A stretch of 64,000 nt of DNA from an uncultured Acidobacteriota bacterium (GCA_963749835.1 CAVVOD010000001.1:3926851-3990850), one strand, 5' to 3'. Shown: positions 8,527-17,373, counted from the first letter of the stretch. Notes: generated by a model not told the origin, from the letters alone. Program-made: numbers and translations.

Positions 8527-10293
8527 ATGCGCATCGCGCTTGCCCAGCTCAACCCGACGAGCGGAGACATCGAGGGAAACACCACACGGATTCTCGCGGC
8601 GCTCGACTCAGCCGCACGTCAGGGCGCCGACCTCCTCCTGACGCCCGAAATGGCGCTGCCGGGCTACTGCATCGGCGATCTGGTGGAGGACGACGGATTT
8701 CTCGCCGCCAACGAGCGGGCCATGCAGCGCATCGCGGCCGCCGCACGCGACATCACCGCGGTTATCGGCTTCATCGACTTCGACGCCGCGGCCAGGAACG
8801 ACAGCGGCGGGATCCGCAAATACAACGCGGCGGCGGTCGTCCGGAACGGCGCCGTGCTGCAGCGCGCGCACAAGACGCTGCTCCCGAGCTATCGCTATTT
8901 CGACGACAAACGGTTCTTCACACCGGCGGAGACGCGTGAGCCCGTCTCCGTGCCCGTCGCCGGCGGAGGAACCGTCAGCCTCGGCGTGTCGATCTGCGAA
9001 GACCTCTGGGACGACTACTACCACGTCAAACCGCTTGCCGAGCTCGCGGCCAAGGGGGCGGACGTGCTGATCAACATCAACGCGTCGCCGTTCTGCCCGG
9101 GCAAGCGCGAAGAGCGCGACACCTTGATTCGTCAGCACATACGTCAGCTTGGCAAGCCGCTCGTGTACATCAACACGACCGGTGCGGCGGACAACGGCAA
9201 GAACATCATTCCCTTCGACGGCGAAAGCCTCGTCTACGACGCGCACGGACAGCTCATCGCCATCGGCCGCCAGTTCGCAGAGGAGCTCCTCATCGTTGAC
9301 ATCGACCTCTGCGCGGGCGACGAGCGGGGCGTCCGAGTCCGGAGTCCCGAGCTCGGACTGGCATTGCCCCCGCTCGACCGGGATCGGGAGATGTACGACG
9401 CGCTCGTGATGGCGCTTCGCGACTACATGTCGAAGACGGGGTTCGTCCACGCGGCGGTGGCCGTGTCGGGCGGCATCGATTCCGCGCTGGCCCTCGCGAT
9501 CGCCGTGGACGCCCTCGGCGCCGACAAGGTATCGGCGTGCAACATGCCATCCCGTTTCAACACGGACGCCACGAAATCGATAGCAGAACGGCTGGCCCAC
9601 GCGCTCGGTGTGGCCTACACGGTCATTCCGATCCAGGAGCTCGACGAGCACGTCCGGAACGTCTTCGAAGAGCACGCCCATCCCATCGCCCACGGCTTCA
9701 CGCGCGAGAACCTGCACGCGAGAATCCGTGGACTGCTGATGATGGCCGAGTCGAACGACACCGGCGCGCTGCTGATTTCGTGCGGAAACGAAACCGAGAT
9801 TGCCCTGGGGTACGCGACGCTCTACGGCGATATGTGCGGCGGCGTGTCGCTCATCGGCGATCTCTCCAAACTGGACGTCTATCGCCTCGCCCGTTACGTC
9901 AACACACGTCACGGGACGGAGAAGATCCCGGAGGAAACGTTCCACCTGAAACCGTCCGCAGAGCTGTCGGCCAATCAGTTCGATCCGTTCGACTACTACG
10001 TCGTGGCCCCCGTCGTAGGTGAGCTCGTCGAGCGCCGAAGGAGTCCCGCAGAGCTCGTGCGATTGTTCGAGCAGCACGCGCTGGATCCCCATCGCTTCGT
10101 GCCGGACGCCGAGGGCCGGTCGGTCTACGACAAACACACGACGGCAACCTTCCGTGACGTCGTCTACGACGCCTTCAGGCGGATCCGTCGCTCTGTGTAC
10201 AAGCGGCTGCAGGGTCCGCCCATTGTCGTCGTGACTGAGCGCGCATTCGGCTTCGACCTGCGGGAAACCATCATCAACGGATGGGAAGGCTGA
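8527..10293 (+). CDS. nadE: glutamine-dependent NAD+ synthetase
   Basis: The true start is most likely MRIALAQLNPTSGDIEGN at 8527; the ORF extends upstream to 8353 but overlaps DUF169. N-terminal nitrilase/CN-hydrolase domain and C-terminal NAD synthetase domain with SGGIDSA PP-loop. Confidence 0.9.
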   Translation: MRIALAQLNPTSGDIEGNTTRILAALDSAARQGADLLLTPEMALPGYCIGDLVEDDGFLAANERAMQRIAAAARDITAVIGFIDFDAAARNDSGGIRKYNAAAVVRNGAVLQRAHKTLLPSYRYFDDKRFFTPAETREPVSVPVAGGGTVSLGVSICEDLWDDYYHVKPLAELAAKGADVLININASPFCPGKREERDTLIRQHIRQLGKPLVYINTTGAADNGKNIIPFDGESLVYDAHGQLIAIGRQFAEELLIVDIDLCAGDERGVRVRSPELGLALPPLDRDREMYDALVMALRDYMSKTGFVHAAVAVSGGIDSALALAIAVDALGADKVSACNMPSRFNTDATKSIAERLAHALGVAYTVIPIQELDEHVRNVFEEHAHPIAHGFTRENLHARIRGLLMMAESNDTGALLISCGNETEIALGYATLYGDMCGGVSLIGDLSKLDVYRLARYVNTRHGTEKIPEETFHLKPSAELSANQFDPFDYYVVAPVVGELVERRRSPAELVRLFEQHALDPHRFVPDAEGRSVYDKHTTATFRDVVYDAFRRIRRSVYKRLQGPPIVVVTERAFGFDLRETIINGWEG

Positions 10294-11216
10294 TGACGAC
10301 CGCGTCAAAAGTCGTCGTCCAGGATCTCCACAAAACCTACGGGGACGTGCAGGCGGCTCGGGGCGTGAGCTTCGAGATCGACGATGGCGAGATCTTCGGG
10401 CTCCTCGGACCGAACGGGTCCGGCAAGACCACAACGCTCGAATGCATCATCGGCCTCCGGGAGCCTGACACGGGGGCGATCGAAGTCTGCGGCATCGACG
10501 CGAGACTGCGGCCGCAGGACGTCAAGCAGAAGATCGGCGCGGCGCTGCAGACGACGTCGCTGCAGGACAAGATCACGCCTCGCGAGGCACTCACGCTGTT
10601 CGGATCCTTCTACCGGAACCGCGCGGCGGCCGGAGAGATGCTCGAGCGGTTCGCCCTCGCGTCCAAGGCCGACGTGCCGTTCGACACGTTGTCGGGTGGT
10701 CAGCGCCAGCGCCTCGCGCTTGCGCTGGCCTTCGTCAACAAGCCCGAGCTCGTGTTTCTCGACGAGCCTACGACGGGGCTGGACGCCCAGTCCCGCCGCG
10801 AGCTCCACGCAGAAGTCGTGCGCATGAAACGGGACGGCCACACCGTGCTGCTCACGACACACTACATCGAAGAAGCGGAACAACTCTGCGATCGCATTGC
10901 CGTCATCGACAAGGGACAGATCATCGCGACCGGCGCACCGCACGAGCTCGTGGCGCGCTCCACGGCCATCCAATCGGTCTCACTGACGACCATCCCGGCG
11001 CTGGATCCGGCCGATCTCGCGCGGGTGCCAGGTGTCGAGGAACTGGTCTGTGATGCGAGAGGCGTTCGGTTCAGGACGATCACCGTAAGCCGGACCATCG
11101 GGGCGCTCATGTCGCTCGTCGACACGCGCGGTGTCGTGATTGCCGACCTGCAGGTGCGCAAGGCGACGCTCGAGGATGTGTTCATCGAATTGACCGGCAA
11201 CAAGCTCGAGGACTGA
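10293..11216 (+). CDS. ABC transporter ATP-binding protein
   Basis: Walker A GPNGSGKTT, signature LSGGQRQRLALA, Walker B LVFLDEPTTGLD. The ATG at 10293 overlaps the nadE TGA (TGATG); an alternative start is at 10281. Confidence 0.9.
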   Translation: MTTASKVVVQDLHKTYGDVQAARGVSFEIDDGEIFGLLGPNGSGKTTTLECIIGLREPDTGAIEVCGIDARLRPQDVKQKIGAALQTTSLQDKITPREALTLFGSFYRNRAAAGEMLERFALASKADVPFDTLSGGQRQRLALALAFVNKPELVFLDEPTTGLDAQSRRELHAEVVRMKRDGHTVLLTTHYIEEAEQLCDRIAVIDKGQIIATGAPHELVARSTAIQSVSLTTIPALDPADLARVPGVEELVCDARGVRFRTITVSRTIGALMSLVDTRGVVIADLQVRKATLEDVFIELTGNKLED

Positions 11217-11234
11217 CAGGATCACGGCCGCACC

Positions 11235-12956
11235 ATGGATGCTTTCCTCCAGCAGACCGCCATCAGCCTCCGGCTCCACTACCGGAACAGGATGGCGCTG
11301 CTCTACAGCTACCTCTTTCCTGTCATCTTCCTGCTGGCGTTCTACGTGCTGTACCGCCATGAAAGCGTCGTTCTCGTGCGCCACATGGGAGAACTGCTGA
11401 CGGTGGGCATCCTGGGCGGCGCATGCTTCGGCCTCCCCACGACGATGGTGAGCGAGAGGGAGCGGGGCGTCTGGCGACGCTACCGTCTGGCGCCGGTGCC
11501 CACGGCGGGGCTCGTCACCAGCACGGTCGTCGCACGATACGTCATTCTCGTCACGGCAGGCCTCCTGCAGATCGCGTTCGCGCTGGCGCTCGGGATGCCC
11601 CTGCCAAAGCATCCGGTGCATCTCTGGCTGGCGTTCACGTTCGTGTCGTTCGCGTTCATCGGACTCGGACTGGTGATGGCGACGATGGCGGACAACGTGC
11701 CCGCGGTCCAGGCGCTGGGGCAGTGCATCTTCCTCCCGATGCTGATCATCGGCGGGATCGCCGTGCCGCTGGCGAGTCTGCCGGACTGGGCCCAGCATCT
11801 GTCGGCGTTCTTCCCGGGCCGATACGCCGTGCAGGCCGTGCAGGCGTCAGTCACCGGCGCCGGCCTTGGCGCCGTCCGTTTCGACCTGCTCGCATTGACG
11901 CTCATCGGCGCGGCGGGGTGCGTCGCCGGAGCGATGATGTTCCGCTGGGACGCGCAGCAGCGTTTCGTCGCGCGCGGACGGCGGGGATGGGTCCTGGTCG
12001 CGCTGGCCGCGTGGGTCATGGTAGGGACGATGTCGGAAGTGCGGAACCGTGTGTCCACGACGCCGGGCAATCGTGCGGCGGCGCGCTCGACACCCCCGGT
12101 GGTGCCTGCTCCAGCGATCGCCGTACCGGCTCCAAAAGCCAGCGTGGAGCCGACGCCCCAGCAAACCCCTCCGGCGGCGACCGAAACGGGCACCCCGGTG
12201 CCTCCAGCCACGCGAGGCACACCGCCCCCGGCGACGGCCCCAACCGAATCACCGCGGCCTGTCGAATCAGCGAGACCTGTCGAATCGCCGAGACCCACCG
12301 AAAAACCGCGACCCGACGAAAAGCCGCGAGCCGGGGAACAACCGCAACCGCCTTCCGCGACGCCGAGCTCCGCCGGGAAGATTCAGCCGGTACCGGAACT
12401 TGGATCGACTGCTGAAGCGCCGCCCGCGCCGGCGCAGCCACTGGTGCAGCAGCCAGTCGCCCCGACGTGGCAGGCCGTCAAGCTGTCGGACATCGATCGC
12501 GATCTCGTCTTCGACCGGCTTCCCGCTGACGGAGGGATCGTCGCGCCGATTGCCCCGGCCGATGAAGAACCGCCGGCTGACGTCGTCCAGACGCTCGAGA
12601 GTATTCGCGTCGGCCTGCCCAATTGGCCGCCGGCGAAGGCTCCTGACGCCGTGCAGCGCACGCGGAACGTTCTCTACGTCGCCGCGGTTCCGGACGTCCT
12701 CCAGACGGAGCTCGAGCGCTTCGCGCCGTACGTCGTCTTCGACCAGCTCGAACACGACATCCCGAAGGAGGACTTGATGCGGGCCCTCTACTGGATTGCG
12801 CTGCATCCGATGGACGGCGACGACAGCGCGATCGATCAGCTCCCGGCGCTCGGTTTCGAAAACCGCGCGGTCGACGTCGAACAGACGCGGGAGCGGGTCG
12901 CCATCTACGCCGTCAAGTTGCTGGGGCGCCTGACGGGCGCGATCCAGCGCAGCTAG
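11235..12956 (+). CDS. ABC-2 type permease fused to an extra TM helix, Pro-rich linker and unknown C-terminal domain
   Basis: 573 aa. Six TM helices of ABC-2 type in the first ~245 aa and a 7th TM (WVLVALAAWVMVGTM). About 150-aa Pro/Ala/Thr-rich linker with 6-aa repeats (PRPVES ARPVES PRPTEK PRPDEK). About 155-aa C-terminal domain with no recognised family. The TAG stop lies inside the CTAG at the MITE-A junction. Confidence 0.8.
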   Translation: MDAFLQQTAISLRLHYRNRMALLYSYLFPVIFLLAFYVLYRHESVVLVRHMGELLTVGILGGACFGLPTTMVSERERGVWRRYRLAPVPTAGLVTSTVVARYVILVTAGLLQIAFALALGMPLPKHPVHLWLAFTFVSFAFIGLGLVMATMADNVPAVQALGQCIFLPMLIIGGIAVPLASLPDWAQHLSAFFPGRYAVQAVQASVTGAGLGAVRFDLLALTLIGAAGCVAGAMMFRWDAQQRFVARGRRGWVLVALAAWVMVGTMSEVRNRVSTTPGNRAAARSTPPVVPAPAIAVPAPKASVEPTPQQTPPAATETGTPVPPATRGTPPPATAPTESPRPVESARPVESPRPTEKPRPDEKPRAGEQPQPPSATPSSAGKIQPVPELGSTAEAPPAPAQPLVQQPVAPTWQAVKLSDIDRDLVFDRLPADGGIVAPIAPADEEPPADVVQTLESIRVGLPNWPPAKAPDAVQRTRNVLYVAAVPDVLQTELERFAPYVVFDQLEHDIPKEDLMRALYWIALHPMDGDDSAIDQLPALGFENRAVDVEQTRERVAIYAVKLLGRLTGAIQRS

Positions 12957-13118
12957 TGTCCTGACCCCGTGGTTCGCGACATAAGTCCCGGGCGGGGCAT
13001 CCCGCCTGGCCGCGTTGCTCCTCCCTCAAATACGGCCAGTATTCTCGGTCGTCGCGCCTTGCTAGCCGGGCGCCTCGCTCCGGCACTTATGCCACGATCC
13101 ACGCGGTCAGGACACTAG
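12953..13118. mobile_element. MITE (family A, IS630/Tc1-mariner type)
   Basis: 166 bp, non-coding. Terminal inverted repeats CTAGTGTCCTGACCCCGTGGTTCGCGACATAAG and CTTATGCCACGATCCACGCGGTCAGGACACTAG. 25/31 identity to the IS630 left IR at 1773. CTAG/TA junctions at both ends. Confidence 0.8.
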
Positions 13119-13228
13119 CTCTACCTCCGAATAGCCGCGTAAGGCGTTGACCACCCTGGGTCTCGAGACCCGGTTTCCCGCGCGGGTCACAAACCGGGAG
13201 CCCGCGCGTTATACCTCTGGCAACACGA

Positions 13229-13768
13229 ATGGCGAACCCGGACGATCCGCGAACGGCGGTAGTCGACTTGTTCCGCGAGCACGGGCCCGCGATCTATCGA
13301 TTCGCGTTGCTCCTCGGGCGCCATCACGACGACGCGGAGGACGTGGTGCAGGAGACGTTCTTGAAGCTCCTGGCGCATCTCGAGGCCGGGGGCCACACCG
13401 CCAACCTCCGCGGCTGGCTGTTCACGGTGGCGGCGAATGCCTGCCGGGACCGCCTGCGACGCCGATTCCGGTGGATGCCGTGGACCGAGGCGACCGAGCC
13501 GTCCGTGGAACCCGCGTCGCTGCGGGACGAGGATGGCCGCCTCCGGGCAGCGCGGGATGCCCTGCGGCAACTTGCGCCTCGCGATCGGCTTCTCCTCTCG
13601 CTCAGAGCGCAGGGACTGTCCTATCGCGAGATATCGACCGCCGCCCGGATACGCCAGTCGTCCGTGGGCCGCCTGCTGGCCCGCTCCGTGGATCGCTGGG
13701 AGCGGGCGTCCGTGGCCGCCGCGCCTCTTCCACACGTTACAGGAGATCGTCATGAAGTGTCTCGATGA
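13229..13768 (+). CDS. ECF-type RNA polymerase sigma-70 factor
   Basis: 179 aa. Region 2 (DAEDVVQETFLKLL) and region 4 HTH (LSYREISTAARIRQSSVGRLLARS). Confidence 0.9.
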   Translation: MANPDDPRTAVVDLFREHGPAIYRFALLLGRHHDDAEDVVQETFLKLLAHLEAGGHTANLRGWLFTVAANACRDRLRRRFRWMPWTEATEPSVEPASLRDEDGRLRAARDALRQLAPRDRLLLSLRAQGLSYREISTAARIRQSSVGRLLARSVDRWERASVAAAPLPHVTGDRHEVSR

Positions 13769-14846
13769 TGTCCAGGTTCAGGCCCTCGTGGATAACGAGG
13801 CCACCGAGGATACTCGTGCGCATGCGGCATCCTGCGCGGGATGCGCCGCGCGGCTGGAGAAGCGGCGGACGGTAATGGACGCTGCGCTGCTGGCGCTGGG
13901 CATTCCAGCACCGATGCCCTCCACGCTGCATCGGCGAGTCGAACAAGCCGTCGTATTGCCACGCGGCGCGACGCGGCTCCGCGAGACCGCCGAGCCTCAC
14001 AGCCGCTGGCGCCGTGCTGCCTGGGGCGGCGCCGTGGTCGCTGTGGCGACGCTCGTGGCCGTGCTTTTCGTCGTGCCCATGGTGAAAGGACCCGCGACTG
14101 TGTCGGCGGCCGAGATCCTGGCAAAATCCGCGACCCGGCTGGCACAGACGGCCGGCGCGGGCATCGAGCTCCTCGAGTACGAGCTCGTCCTCGACGGGAT
14201 GCCGCGCGAGATGATGCCGGATAGCAGCGACGGCACGTACCGCATATCTCAGGTCATCGATCATGATTCGCCGGGGCACTTCCGCTATTCGAGCTTCGCA
14301 CCTGATGGTCGCCTCCTCACGTCGATTGCACAGGATCCGGCCACGCGTCAACGGGTCTCTCTGCTCCGGGTTGACGATCAACGCTATCGCTTCGAATTCG
14401 CCGTGCCGACGGGCAACGTCCCGTCGCTTCCGGAGATCGAGCGCCTGCACATGCAGGCCACCGTCGCGATGATGCAGGCAAGCGGCCAGCAGGTGCTGCA
14501 GACGGTCGACAGCGCCGATGGACCGCTCTATCGAATCGAAGTGCCCGAGGTGAGCGGCGCACAGACCAGCGCCATGTGGGACCTCAGTCGGGCGGAGGTA
14601 CTCATCGATGCCAGGGACTTCCGGATCATGGAGTTCTCGGCGCGCGGCACGTTTCTCGAGCAGCCTTACAGCATGTCGTATCGGTTGATCAGCCGCGATA
14701 TCGTCCGAACGGTGCAGCCGGATGTGTTTGCCGTGCCGTCGGAGCCGGGGGAGATCGTCATCGCCGGGGACGGCACGGCGAGCCCCGCCACCGACGTCGT
14801 CTTTGCCGCACTTCGCGAGCTGGCGCGCGCGAAAGGGGTTCGGTGA
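13752..14846 (+). CDS. anti-sigma factor (zf-HC2 N-terminus, single TM, periplasmic domain)
   Basis: Start MKCLDD at 13752, preceded by AGGAG (13741-13745). Overlaps the sigma gene by 17 nt. H-x3-C-x2-C motif (HAASCAGC). TM helix AAWGGAVVAVATLVAVLFVV. About 260-aa extracytoplasmic domain. Confidence 0.8.
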   Translation: MKCLDDVQVQALVDNEATEDTRAHAASCAGCAARLEKRRTVMDAALLALGIPAPMPSTLHRRVEQAVVLPRGATRLRETAEPHSRWRRAAWGGAVVAVATLVAVLFVVPMVKGPATVSAAEILAKSATRLAQTAGAGIELLEYELVLDGMPREMMPDSSDGTYRISQVIDHDSPGHFRYSSFAPDGRLLTSIAQDPATRQRVSLLRVDDQRYRFEFAVPTGNVPSLPEIERLHMQATVAMMQASGQQVLQTVDSADGPLYRIEVPEVSGAQTSAMWDLSRAEVLIDARDFRIMEFSARGTFLEQPYSMSYRLISRDIVRTVQPDVFAVPSEPGEIVIAGDGTASPATDVVFAALRELARAKGVR

Positions 14847-15751
14847 CCGCTTCGGCCATCCGCGCCGACGGTCTGACCAAGTACTTCGGACCCGTCGTCG
14901 CCATCGAGGATCTCTCGTTCGAGGTCGAGCGCGGTGAGACTTATGGTTATCTCGGAGCGAATGGCGCGGGAAAAACCACGACGATCCGGCTGCTGCTGGA
15001 TCTCGTGCGGCCCGCGCGGGGAACGGCCGCAATCCTGGGCGTCGATTGCCACCGGTCCAGCCTCGCGGCCCGCAGGCTGGTCGGCTATCTCCCGGGAGAG
15101 TTGCCGATCTACCCTGATTTGAGCGCGGCAGACTATTTGAACTACCTGCGCTCGCTCGACGGCCGTCCTGTCGCGGACGATCATCTCCGGTACCTCCTGA
15201 AGCGGTTCGACGTGAGCGAGGTCGATCTGCGGCGCCGCCTCCGCGACCAGTCGCATGGGATGAAGCGCAAGATCGGAATCGTCCAGGCGCTGATGGCGCG
15301 CCCGCCGGTCATCATCCTCGACGAACCGACGGCCGGCCTGGATCCGCTGATGATTCAGGCGTTCGGAGAGACGCTGGCGGACCTGAAGCGCCCGGGAGAC
15401 ACGACGGTCTTCCTCTCCTCGCACGTCCTCGCCGAGGTCGAGAGCACCTGCGATCGCATAGGCCTCGTCCGCGGTGGACGCATGGTGACGGTCGGAACCG
15501 TCGAGGAGCTGAAGCGCAACGCCCCAAGACGCGTGAGGATCGCGTTCGGCAGCCCGGTGCCCGGCGAGCTTCCGGCAGTACCCGGCGTCACGGTCCGTTC
15601 GGGGACATCGACCGCGCGCATGTTCGAAGTACGCGGGCCGCTGGGTCCGCTGCTGCAGGCGCTGGCGGCATTTCCCATCCACGACGTGCAGGAAGAGCCT
15701 TTCAAGCTCGAGGACTACATCGTCAAGTTCTATGCCTCACGTGAAAGCTGA
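14843..15751 (+). CDS. ABC transporter ATP-binding protein
   Basis: The GTG start overlaps the anti-sigma stop (GTGA). Walker A GANGAGKTTT, Walker B VIILDEPTAGLD. Confidence 0.85.
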   Translation: MTASAIRADGLTKYFGPVVAIEDLSFEVERGETYGYLGANGAGKTTTIRLLLDLVRPARGTAAILGVDCHRSSLAARRLVGYLPGELPIYPDLSAADYLNYLRSLDGRPVADDHLRYLLKRFDVSEVDLRRRLRDQSHGMKRKIGIVQALMARPPVIILDEPTAGLDPLMIQAFGETLADLKRPGDTTVFLSSHVLAEVESTCDRIGLVRGGRMVTVGTVEELKRNAPRRVRIAFGSPVPGELPAVPGVTVRSGTSTARMFEVRGPLGPLLQALAAFPIHDVQEEPFKLEDYIVKFYASRES

Positions 15752-15754
15752 ATC

Positions 15755-16564
15755 GTGATCGGCGCGCCGCTCGTCCGTCGATCGGCCGTCCAGTCCCTGT
15801 ACGTGCTCGTGCCGTGCCTTGTGGTGCTGGCCGGCTTTCAGCTCATCATCGTCGCGCAGGCTGCGGCGATCGAGTCGACCCGGTCCTTCGAGCGGATGGC
15901 CGAATTGATCCCGGCGTTCCTGCAGCGCGGCATGGGCGGCCGCGCCTTGCTGCTCGCGTCGTTCAACGGCACTGTGACGTTCGGATATTTCCACCCGGTG
16001 ATCACGATCATGGTGTCAGTGCTCGCGATCTACATGGCGAGCGAGCCGGCCTACGACGTGGAATCCGGGCGTGTCGATCTCGTGCTGGCGAGGTCGATCC
16101 CCAGGCACTGGCTGATCACGCGCTCGCTGCTTCTCTTCATGGCGGTGACGGTCGCGGCGGGCCTCTCCATGGCCTTCGGAACGTGGATCGGACTGCACAC
16201 ATTCGCGTCGCCCGCATCAAACTGGCCCACTCCACGGATTGTCGGTCTGCTGCTGGTGCACCTGGTGTCCGTCGGCTGGTGCTTCGGCGCGCTGGCACTG
16301 GCGGTGGCGGCAGGTGCGCGCCGCTGGAGCGCCGCCTTCGCGTCCGTCACGATCAGCGCGGTGGCGCTGTACCTCATCGAAGTGCTGGCAATCGGCTGGG
16401 CGCCAGCGAGGGCCGTCGCCTGGGCCTCTCCCTTTGGCTACTACCCGGCGCTGCCGATCGTCGCGGGTGATGCGATCGGCCTGACAAACGTCGCCGTGCT
16501 CCTGACGGCCACCGTCGTCCTCACCGCGACCGCGTACTGGCGGTTCAACCGGCGCGACTTGTAG
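15755..16564 (+). CDS. ABC-2 family transporter permease
   Basis: 269 aa with six predicted TM segments. GTG start lies 3 nt after the upstream stop. Confidence 0.75.
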   Translation: MIGAPLVRRSAVQSLYVLVPCLVVLAGFQLIIVAQAAAIESTRSFERMAELIPAFLQRGMGGRALLLASFNGTVTFGYFHPVITIMVSVLAIYMASEPAYDVESGRVDLVLARSIPRHWLITRSLLLFMAVTVAAGLSMAFGTWIGLHTFASPASNWPTPRIVGLLLVHLVSVGWCFGALALAVAAGARRWSAAFASVTISAVALYLIEVLAIGWAPARAVAWASPFGYYPALPIVAGDAIGLTNVAVLLTATVVLTATAYWRFNRRDL

Positions 16565-16576
16565 ACGCCCTTCGAC

Positions 16577-16745
16577 CTGGTCAGTCGTGACCGCGTGGAT
16601 CGTGGCATAGTCCGGAGCGCACCGACGCCGGGTGACCATCGCGCACATGGACTCACCAATCAGGCTGACCAACGTGCAGACTCGTGGCACCCTGCTCGTG
16701 TTCGATAGCGGACACTGGGGTCAGACCCCGGTCGTCGAATTACAC
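16577..16745. repeat. degenerate MITE-A-related relics
   Basis: 16588-16609 TGACCGCGTGGATCGTGGCATA is identical to the reverse complement of part of the MITE-A right IR. GGACACTGG at 16710-16718 resembles the GGACACTAG terminus. An adjacent 26-nt motif recurs at 28795-28822. Confidence 0.4.
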
Positions 16746-16762
16746 ACTCGGAGAGTTCAGAC

Positions 16763-17311
16763 ATGGTCGATGTTGACGAACGGCGATATCCCGTCGGGCC
16801 GATGCCGCGGAACAGGACGCAGCTCGACCGGACGTCGCGGTCAGCTCTCATCGACATCATCGGGCAGGCACCAGCCACGCTTCGTCAACTGGTGGACGGA
16901 TTGAGCGACGCGCAACTCGACACGCCCTATCGATCCGGTGGCTGGACCATCCGGCAGGTGATGCACCATCTGCCGGACAGCCACATGAATGCATATGTGC
17001 GGATGAAGCTGGCCGTGACCGAGTCAGCTCCGCTGATCAAGACCTACGACGAGGCCGCGTGGGCGGAACTGCCCGAGGCGCGGACCGCACCCGTGGCAAT
17101 CTCGCTCGACCTGCTGGACGCGCTGCACCGGCGCTGGACGGCTTTTCTGACCGCCCTGCCTGACGCGGACTTTCAGAAGCCCTACACACACCCGGAGCTC
17201 GGACCCGTCACCATTGACGAAGCCGTTGCGATGTACGCCTGGCATTGCCGTCACCACACCGGCCACGTCAAGCTCGCCCTCGAAAAATGGGGACACTCAC
17301 CTTTACGGTAA
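16763..17311 (+). CDS. DinB/YfiT-family putative metal-dependent hydrolase
   Basis: 182 aa. WTIRQVMHHLPDSHMNAY and YAWHCRHHTGHV histidine blocks typical of YfiT/DinB. The last 8 codons plus stop (KWGHSPLR*) are encoded by a MITE-B arm. Confidence 0.8.
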   Translation: MVDVDERRYPVGPMPRNRTQLDRTSRSALIDIIGQAPATLRQLVDGLSDAQLDTPYRSGGWTIRQVMHHLPDSHMNAYVRMKLAVTESAPLIKTYDEAAWAELPEARTAPVAISLDLLDALHRRWTAFLTALPDADFQKPYTHPELGPVTIDEAVAMYAWHCRHHTGHVKLALEKWGHSPLR

Positions 17312-17329
17312 ATGATTGATTCGATTGGG
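17283..17329. mobile_element. MITE family B, solo arm
   Basis: AAAAATGGGGACACTCACCTTTACGGTAAATGATTGATTCGATTGGG closely matches the reverse complement of the right arm of the 6403-6550 copy. Confidence 0.6.
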
Positions 17330-17337
17330 ACGCTTCG

Positions 17338-17364
17338 CGGGCTACGCTGACGCTGAGTAGCCCG
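17338..17364. terminator. candidate bidirectional terminator hairpin
   Basis: 8-bp stem CGGGCTAC/GTAGCCCG with an 11-nt loop, between convergent gene ends (17311 and 17374). No clear U-tract. Confidence 0.3.
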
Positions 17365-17373
17365 TCGCGATCG

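Noticed and set aside
8608-10434. 608-aa minus-strand ORF, and similar long antisense ORFs (39266-40867, 40548-42320, 31362-32798, 36874-37764, 13737-15032 and others)
   Set aside because: Each lies antisense to a gene with strong family motifs. They have low-complexity R/G/P/A-rich translations with no recognisable domains. They are an expected by-product of high GC3 on the opposite strand.
13119-13228. ECF-type autoregulated promoter (GAAC...CGT) and the palindrome GGGTCTCGAGACCC (about 13157-13172) upstream of the sigma gene
   Set aside because: The only AAC...CGTT pair (CACAAAC-N12-CGTTAT) has 12-nt spacing rather than about 16-17 nt. The palindrome is single-copy in the window. There is not enough evidence to call a regulatory site.
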